From IMG/VR virus record IMGVR_UViG_3300018080_000230, positions 1 through 52,981 of that record: a stretch of DNA of 52,981 nt; one strand, written 5' to 3'. This DNA is from a virus. Lineage: Duplodnaviria; Caudoviricetes. The notes beneath the pieces are model-generated. The model was not told the origin of the DNA and made no database searches. It worked only from the letters and a program-made list of their open reading frames with translations. This document shows positions 47,492-52,981 of the stretch, piece by piece. A program made the position numbers and the translations under genes. Within the stretch, counting starts at the first letter, position 1. Each line of letters begins with the position of its first letter.

Positions 47492-48046
47492 TCATGGATG
47501 CCTCGGATGCCATACGATTACCATTGATGGAAAACCGGCTGCGTTCTTTTTCCCATATTGATGATAAAGAGAATTGGGCTTATTGTGAATCGTGTGCTGT
47601 TCCCATAGCCATTCCCAATATTCGTCTGAGCCGAAAATTAACCGGCCCTGCTGCGGTCTGAACTCGATCCCCTTTTGAGGCATATTGATTTCATCGTCCC
47701 ATATATACCGGTGAAACCATTTTGTATCTATCCGTCCAGGGATTAAACCAACTACCTGGATGTGCCTTGAAGATTCGAGAAAAGCTTTCCTTACCCATTT
47801 GTCCGTGATACTCCGGCCATAGGGGGGATTCATGAAAGCGCATTTATAGCCGTCCCAGGATTCTGCCAAACCGTCCTGGCCTTTGTCCAAACAAAAACCA
47901 TTGGGAGCTTTCTGGCTTTTTGTTGTGCAGCATGGATCAAGGTCGAAATGAAATTCCTTGTCCAGCATGTTATAAAAATCCTGGGGAGTATCGTGTTCTC
48001 CATCCTGGGGTTTAAGGTTTTCTGAAAACATTAGATCGGTATTCAT
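47492..48046 (-). CDS. phage N6-adenine DNA methyltransferase
   Basis: TPQDFY...FHFDLDPC, FMNPPYG, LIPGR.DTKWFH and GRL.F motifs. Confidence 0.9.
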   Translation of the reverse strand: MNTDLMFSENLKPQDGEHDTPQDFYNMLDKEFHFDLDPCCTTKSQKAPNGFCLDKGQDGLAESWDGYKCAFMNPPYGRSITDKWVRKAFLESSRHIQVVGLIPGRIDTKWFHRYIWDDEINMPQKGIEFRPQQGRLIFGSDEYWEWLWEQHTIHNKPNSLYHQYGKKNAAGFPSMVIVWHPRHP

Positions 48047-48774
48047 TTTAACGCTGCCTTATAATATCCGCATGGAGGACACATACCGATTGCACCCTTG
48101 CCTATAAGATCGGCATTCACAGGGGCAATCCATACCGGTTTATGGCATACTGAACACTCCCCGCCTTTCCATTTCTTTTCCGGGGCTGGATGCGCCACCA
48201 TTGCCTGTAAGGGTAACAGCACGATTTTACCACATGGGTTTTTATCCCCTATCCGATACAATGGGATCGCCTGGGCCTTGCGCTGAATCATGCGCCGGTG
48301 ACGTTCCAGGTTCTTTTTCTGCATACGCAATTCCCGGATATGCTCATGGGCTATATTCTCATAGCTCTCCCATTCCGCAATCACCTGGTCAATCTGTGCA
48401 TCGTTCAGCTTGGTATCAATGGTAAAGGGTTTGTAATAATTCACGATCATGGTCATCCCACGGCCACGCACCAGGGCTTCCAGGTCTGCATCGGAAAACT
48501 TGTGGGGCTCAAACTGGAAATCATAGGGAGTAAATAAAATCATGGCCTTTCCCAAAGTCTCTGCCTTGAAATTCATCTTGCTCAATTCTCTGTTAAAGGA
48601 TTTCATGATTTCATGCTTTTCGGAATTGCCAATACTCTCCATGCCTTGAACCTTGAAAAGAAAAAACGTCTCCTCAAGATCGGTGAAGTCAATGCGCTCC
48701 ATCTTGAGCCGAATTTTTTCAATCATCTTCAATGCTGCTGCGTCAATGGTCTCTTTGGTTTTATTCTCGCTCAC
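48043..48774 (-). CDS. hypothetical protein with C-terminal Zn ribbon
   Basis: CSVC...CPPC. Confidence 0.7.
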   Translation of the reverse strand: MSENKTKETIDAAALKMIEKIRLKMERIDFTDLEETFFLFKVQGMESIGNSEKHEIMKSFNRELSKMNFKAETLGKAMILFTPYDFQFEPHKFSDADLEALVRGRGMTMIVNYYKPFTIDTKLNDAQIDQVIAEWESYENIAHEHIRELRMQKKNLERHRRMIQRKAQAIPLYRIGDKNPCGKIVLLPLQAMVAHPAPEKKWKGGECSVCHKPVWIAPVNADLIGKGAIGMCPPCGYYKAALK

Positions 48775-49028
48775 TCGTTCCTCCTTTTATCATCCACCAC
48801 GGTATTAAACAGTCGCCTGAGATTTGCACCGTATATATAAACCTTGAATCCGTCCTTGCTCTCAAATACCATGCTGTCTGATTTTTTAATTTCCATTTCC
48901 ACCACCGGCGTTCCCGGTGTTAATCCAATGTCTCTGAATAAACTTTGGTCTTGTGTTTCAAACCTGGAAAACCTCATGAGTAAATTTGCTTTCTGATTGA
49001 CGGTGAAACAAAAATTTCCCTTCCACAT
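48771..49028 (-). CDS. hypothetical protein
   Basis: Co-oriented ORF; true start may be 48977. Confidence 0.5.
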   Translation of the reverse strand: MWKGNFCFTVNQKANLLMRFSRFETQDQSLFRDIGLTPGTPVVEMEIKKSDSMVFESKDGFKVYIYGANLRRLFNTVVDDKRRNE

Positions 49029-49236
49029 GCGCTATGTTATAATACGGAATTTGCTCATCCTCGGAAAGATTATCAAAATCAGCGCATCGGCATTTATATT
49101 CATAGCACTTGCTCTTGAAATCAAATTCCACGCTGAGAATTTTAACCTCGGACAATAAAGCATCCCGTATTTTCTCACCACCAGGCACAAAGAAAAAACT
49201 GCTGCCTAACTGAAATCTGCCTATTCTCCTTTCCAT
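48958..49236 (-). CDS. hypothetical protein, paralog of 49236..49571
   Basis: Shared RR.G...AL.S...E.D...Y...C..FD.L.E....P.Y pattern. Confidence 0.7.
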   Translation of the reverse strand: MERRIGRFQLGSSFFFVPGGEKIRDALLSEVKILSVEFDFKSKCYEYKCRCADFDNLSEDEQIPYYNIAHVEGKFLFHRQSESKFTHEVFQV

Positions 49237-49571
49237 TATCCCCTTCTTAAAACTTCAACAACCATCACGCTCCCCAGGCCCGAATCGTGACGCTCCTTTT
49301 TAAACACTACGTCATAGTGCGGGGCTTTGCAGTTTTCTGGTAAAACGTCAAACAAAGGACACCACCCATAGTATATAACGGAATCACTGCACATATCATA
49401 CTCTGCCTTGTAGGGAAAAAACTGGCTGAATAAAGCTTTGAACGCTTCGTCGTTTGACGTATCATGGTACATATCAAACCGGATAGAGATATGGCCAAAT
49501 CTGCGATCCCTATTGTCATGCTTGATTTTCTCCGGCTCGTTTTCCTTTTTTGATCCCTGGCTTGTCATCAT
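49236..49571 (-). CDS. hypothetical protein, paralog of 48958..49236
   Basis: Same shared pattern; coupled by overlaps. Confidence 0.7.
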   Translation of the reverse strand: MMTSQGSKKENEPEKIKHDNRDRRFGHISIRFDMYHDTSNDEAFKALFSQFFPYKAEYDMCSDSVIYYGWCPLFDVLPENCKAPHYDVVFKKERHDSGLGSVMVVEVLRRG

Positions 49572-49897
49572 GGCCTTGCTCCTTTTCCATTTTTCTTAAG
49601 ATGGACAAATCCCAAGGCATTCAAAATAAATACCACGGCCACGCCTATCATCGTACCGTATGCATTTATTTTACTTGAGCTTATTTGCTGCTCATAAATC
49701 CGATCACGCTTTTCCTGTTCCTTGTACCGCTTGCTCCCCTTGATATAGATTTCATGATAATACTGGTTCAGGTCACTCTTGATTTCTTCAATGTCTTCCT
49801 TGAGATTTTTATTATCGGCTTCCAGGGTAACTATCCGATCCCGTAAGGTCTGCGGGATCGCCACGGATACAAGGATTAAAAAAAGAATGGTCTTCAT
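49568..49897 (-). CDS. membrane protein: signal peptide, coiled coil, C-terminal TM helix
   Basis: MKTILFLILVSVA N-terminus; MIGVAVVFILNALGFV. Confidence 0.7.
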   Translation of the reverse strand: MKTILFLILVSVAIPQTLRDRIVTLEADNKNLKEDIEEIKSDLNQYYHEIYIKGSKRYKEQEKRDRIYEQQISSSKINAYGTMIGVAVVFILNALGFVHLKKNGKGARP

Positions 49898-50304
49898 GCT
49901 CCCTGCCTTGACTGTAATTCCTCCCTGGCCCGTTCAACCTCGGTTATGAACGTGTCACAGGCAGATATCTCCGCTTCGTCTCCGTATATCATGGTAAGAA
50001 TTTTATTGTGGAGCTTAAGAGAGTCGTGGGTTTTTGCCTCGTCCTCCGTGATAACTCCGATGTCCACACCTATTGCCAACTGTTTGGGTATTGGAAGCTG
50101 AACAAACTTCTCATGCGCTTTGCGGGTCTCATCGAACATGCTCTTATCCCCTACCGGAAATTCATTTACCAGCTTAATCCAATCATGTGCATTGATTTTT
50201 AAATCAATGGATATATCACCTTGCTTGGCCTTTAAAAGAATCACGCCGTCCTCAAGGGGCTTCACCGATAAGTTATCATTGACTATAAACATCTTAACCT
50301 CCAT
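49894..50304 (-). CDS. hypothetical protein
   Basis: Coupled ORF; alternative start 50292 after GGAGG. Confidence 0.7.
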   Translation of the reverse strand: MEVKMFIVNDNLSVKPLEDGVILLKAKQGDISIDLKINAHDWIKLVNEFPVGDKSMFDETRKAHEKFVQLPIPKQLAIGVDIGVITEDEAKTHDSLKLHNKILTMIYGDEAEISACDTFITEVERAREELQSRQGA

Positions 50305-50459
50305 TAATTAAAGTCTTCATCTGGCCATTCTTCTTCATTGGCCAATTCGTCAAGGTCTTCTATGAGACCGGAATTTTCTTGTGCAAAAATATCTTCGTCA
50401 TCCGGTTCACCATTAAGTAGGTTATCCGGGATTGTTTTGTCTTCGCCTTCGCCAATCAT
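50304..50459 (-). CDS. 51-aa very acidic protein (not in ORF track)
   Basis: MIGEGEDKTIPDNLLNGEPDDEDIFAQENSGLIEDLDELANEEEWPDEDFN; AGGAGGAG RBS; TAATG coupling to the next gene. Confidence 0.7.
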   Translation of the reverse strand: MIGEGEDKTIPDNLLNGEPDDEDIFAQENSGLIEDLDELANEEEWPDEDFN

Positions 50460-50580
50460 CTAACTCCTCCTGGCTTTTTGGAATATAAGCACTCTCAATC
50501 CTGCCCTTTATTAGTGAAGCTATCTTATCTGCCAGGTAATCGTCAAGGCGTTCTTGTTTGCAGTCTCCTATTTCATCCAT
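50422..50580 (-). CDS. small hypothetical protein
   Basis: ATG overlaps the upstream stop (TGATG); 52 aa. Confidence 0.45.
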   Translation of the reverse strand: MDEIGDCKQERLDDYLADKIASLIKGRIESAYIPKSQEELDDWRRRRQNNPG

Positions 50581-51032
50581 CAACTCATCCACACACAATT
50601 TGGGTAATACGAATTGTATCCTTTGCTGGCATAAGTGGCCGGTATTGTTCCGTAGCTGGAACACATATCAGGCTTAATCTCATGAATAGTGCATACCGCT
50701 TTTCCGTTCTCCATAACAAGATGTTTGCACCGATACATATATTTCTTTTCTCCCTGGATGTTTCCGGCCTGAGTAATTCCATTGAACTCATTGGCTTCTC
50801 TTATGAAAATCAGCATTGTATAAATTAGCCAAATCTCATGAGGCACAGTACGTCTTTTTACTTTCGATACCCTGCGCCTTGTTTTATCATGCCAATCTTT
50901 CCAAAGCATATAATTTCTTTTAAGTCTTAATGGCGATAATGGCAAAACAATCTGTGAGCAGCACTGACCGCACCGCTTACATTTCAATTCCTCTTTGGCC
51001 GGGGGCTCTTTTACTGCTGCCACTTTATTCAT
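50580..51032 (-). CDS. YkgJ-family cysteine cluster (Zn/Fe-S) protein
   Basis: CKRCGQCC...CKHL...CTIHEIKPDMCSSY. Confidence 0.85.
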   Translation of the reverse strand: MNKVAAVKEPPAKEELKCKRCGQCCSQIVLPLSPLRLKRNYMLWKDWHDKTRRRVSKVKRRTVPHEIWLIYTMLIFIREANEFNGITQAGNIQGEKKYMYRCKHLVMENGKAVCTIHEIKPDMCSSYGTIPATYASKGYNSYYPNCVWMS

Positions 51033-51337
51033 GCTTTCTTTTTCCTCATAAGGTTCTGGTCTATTAAATGGATGAGCCGAATCCTGTCATCCGGCGTACA
51101 GTTTACCAAGTCCCAATGGATAATATGCTGGCCGGTATCATAAAGAGCCGTCTTGCCTTTAATCAGTTTTTCAAAGTGCGCCTTGCTCCACGGCATATCA
51201 AATTTAAGATCACCGATATCCTGTAACTGAGATGGATCACAAATTATCTCATTCGGCTCGAAAGGGAGATTGAGAACAAACTTCTTGAATAAATCAGGAG
51301 TAATGAATAAGTTTACTTTTTTCTTCACGTCAAACAT
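51029..51337 (-). CDS. hypothetical protein
   Basis: Track ORF 51029..51427; the ATG at 51337 has a GGGAG RBS and removes most of the overlap with the upstream gene. Confidence 0.6.
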   Translation of the reverse strand: MFDVKKKVNLFITPDLFKKFVLNLPFEPNEIICDPSQLQDIGDLKFDMPWSKAHFEKLIKGKTALYDTGQHIIHWDLVNCTPDDRIRLIHLIDQNLMRKKKA

Positions 51338-51575
51338 TAAAATAAATTCTCCCGCTCCCCTTGCAAGTATTACATTTATGTTCCGTGTTATCTGGCAAAA
51401 GGAAAATGCCCGTACCGTTACAATCACCGCATGGTCTTACCTGGTATCCTCGTTCTGATTCATAGGGAAAGATTAGGATAACGCTGCATGGCTCTCGAAA
51501 TATTCCACCTATGATCCACCCGTAATTGCATCCTACCAATTCTGCCGGTGTGAACTCGGTATCTGATTTGTCCAA
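51330..51575 (-). CDS. small protein with DnaJ-type CxxCxGxG Zn finger
   Basis: CGDCNGTG...CNTCKGSG; GGAGGAG RBS with TTG start. Confidence 0.7.
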   Translation of the reverse strand: MDKSDTEFTPAELVGCNYGWIIGGIFREPCSVILIFPYESERGYQVRPCGDCNGTGIFLLPDNTEHKCNTCKGSGRIYFNV

Positions 51576-51611
51576 TTAACTCCTCCGGTTAATTAACCCC
51601 TGGGGTTAATC

Positions 51612-52079
51612 TTACTTATAGACCTGCTCATACTTGAACTGAGCAACCACAAGACGATTCAAAGCAGACCCCACGGACTTGGACGTTTTCACAAGCTCGA
51701 ATGTTTCTTCCGGCACTCCCTGATAATGGTACATGGATTTGTTCTTGAACCGGACACGCATCGTACCGTCTTTGAATCCCACACTTTCAATGTTTGAGGA
51801 TTCCACGGACTCCATGCCAAACAACTGATCAACATCCTTAACCCTTTCAAGATAACTCTTTCCATCCGATTCATTATTTTTCGGTGGCGGGTTAGTTGAT
51901 TTGCTGGCCGTCTCCGGCTGTCCGATGTTCATGGCCTGGATGGTCTCTACCATTGCACCCAGGACTTCCAGAATTATGATCTGGTTATCGCAGAGCATTT
52001 TTGCCACACCACTGATTTTTGGTGATTGCCTCAATGACTTTGCATCACCCAGGGCATGTTGAATTTTTTCTTTTAGCAT
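51612..52079 (-). CDS. KTSC domain protein
   Basis: VESSNIESVGF...RVRFKN...YHYQGVPE...SKSVG. Confidence 0.85.
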   Translation of the reverse strand: MLKEKIQHALGDAKSLRQSPKISGVAKMLCDNQIIILEVLGAMVETIQAMNIGQPETASKSTNPPPKNNESDGKSYLERVKDVDQLFGMESVESSNIESVGFKDGTMRVRFKNKSMYHYQGVPEETFELVKTSKSVGSALNRLVVAQFKYEQVYK

Positions 52080-52082
52080 GAC

Positions 52083-52463
52083 TCACTCCTTGTTTAATTT
52101 TTTATAAATAGCTTCCAGCGCACTCATCAAAGCTATTTGATTTGTTAAAATCCTTCTCAATGGATCGGCCAAACTGAAATTCTCTTTAAACCCTTCGGCC
52201 ATTAATTCAAAGGTGTCCTTTACACCTATCAGCAAAGGTTCAAGATAATCGTATTCTCTTTGATATGGCAAAAACTTAATCTGTGATGGATAAGCTTCAA
52301 TAACTCTGCCGTCCGGCATTTCAATTATACCGACCGTACTCAATCCGTTTTCTGTATCGCCATCTTGCCCCCAGGTATGGAATAAACCCTCCTCGGTTTT
52401 TTCCTCGCCCTGTTTCTTTTCTTCCTTGATCCATTCACGGTATGTTACCTGGCATTTCCGCAT
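52083..52463 (-). CDS. hypothetical protein
   Basis: GLFHTWG...VGIIEMPDGRV...IKF common phage small-protein motif. Confidence 0.75.
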   Translation of the reverse strand: MRKCQVTYREWIKEEKKQGEEKTEEGLFHTWGQDGDTENGLSTVGIIEMPDGRVIEAYPSQIKFLPYQREYDYLEPLLIGVKDTFELMAEGFKENFSLADPLRRILTNQIALMSALEAIYKKLNKE

Positions 52464-52465
52464 AA

Positions 52466-52981
52466 TTATTCCTCGCTTTCGTAATTTTCCATGAAGTCTT
52501 GCATCTTCTCCTTATCCACTTCTTCTTGGTCAAGCTGCTCTTGGTACAAATCCATATCCATTAAATCCTCAATGGCTTTTGTCAAAAGCTTATTAAGGAC
52601 TTTGGGCTCAAGCGCATCCACTTCCCAGGATGTCCCGCCGTGTTTGCTAATATACCATCCGGCCCTTGGGTCTGTTATCTTTGCCGGGTTTGGCGGGGGA
52701 TTGTACCTGGTAATCTGCTGCCTGGTAAGTGCGATATGAATAACGTCAATGGAAATTCCAAATTCTTCTTCTCGCTCCGTGATATCCCGTATCATATCCA
52801 GACCGGACGGATCATGGTCTCCCAGGTAAATCAATTTTAATTCCTGGTCATTGTATTTGCTGGCATTTGCATAACGCTGGTATGCATCATGCATAGCCGT
52901 ACAGCTTGAATACCCACGATTGACCATTAGCCGGACATGGTATTTATTTGTAACTCTTTTCAGGACGTTTGATAGCGCATC
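52466..52981 (-). CDS. Toprim-fold protein (topoisomerase VI-A/DUF2399-like), 5' truncated
   Basis: Frame is open to the window edge (DALSNVLKRVTNKYHVRL-MVNRGYSS); YLGDHDPSG and WEVDAL motifs. Confidence 0.8.
   Translation of the reverse strand, partial: DALSNVLKRVTNKYHVRLMVNRGYSSCTAMHDAYQRYANASKYNDQELKLIYLGDHDPSGLDMIRDITEREEEFGISIDVIHIALTRQQITRYNPPPNPAKITDPRAGWYISKHGGTSWEVDALEPKVLNKLLTKAIEDLMDMDLYQEQLDQEEVDKEKMQDFMENYESEE

Noticed and set aside
1-52981. Stop-codon recoding or prophage context
   Set aside because: Core genes are full length under the standard code; no integrase, att site or host genes are in the window.

Overview
The window is a contiguous piece of a large contractile-tailed (myovirus) phage genome, almost entirely minus-strand, with head and tail genes resembling the SPO1/Twort/A511 (Herelleviridae-like) type. 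Reading in transcription order (right to left): small accessory genes (truncated Toprim protein, KTSC, YkgJ-like Cys cluster, phage N6-adenine methyltransferase), terminase, portal, MuF-like protein, about 10 kb of Lys-rich putative head-packaged proteins including a SNF2-like ATPase, a Com-like Zn ribbon, prohead protease, scaffold, major capsid protein, putative head fibre proteins, an M15 peptidase, neck, sheath, tube, chaperones, tape measure, baseplate and receptor-binding proteins. Next come one plus-strand HNH gene, an ~400-nt structured non-coding leader and small early-type genes. Best leads: (1) a repeated hydrophobic-x-K|[ASG] maturation motif that appears to tag and subdivide head cargo proteins; (2) a terminator/antiterminator RNA switch between the Com-like gene and the head protease; (3) the ~400-nt RNA; (4) a small RNA with anti-Shine-Dalgarno loops; (5) a possible donor-strand-polymerised head fibre. 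No tRNA, CRISPR array, integrase or reverse transcriptase was seen. All family calls come from motif recognition by eye, with no database search; the host cannot be determined.
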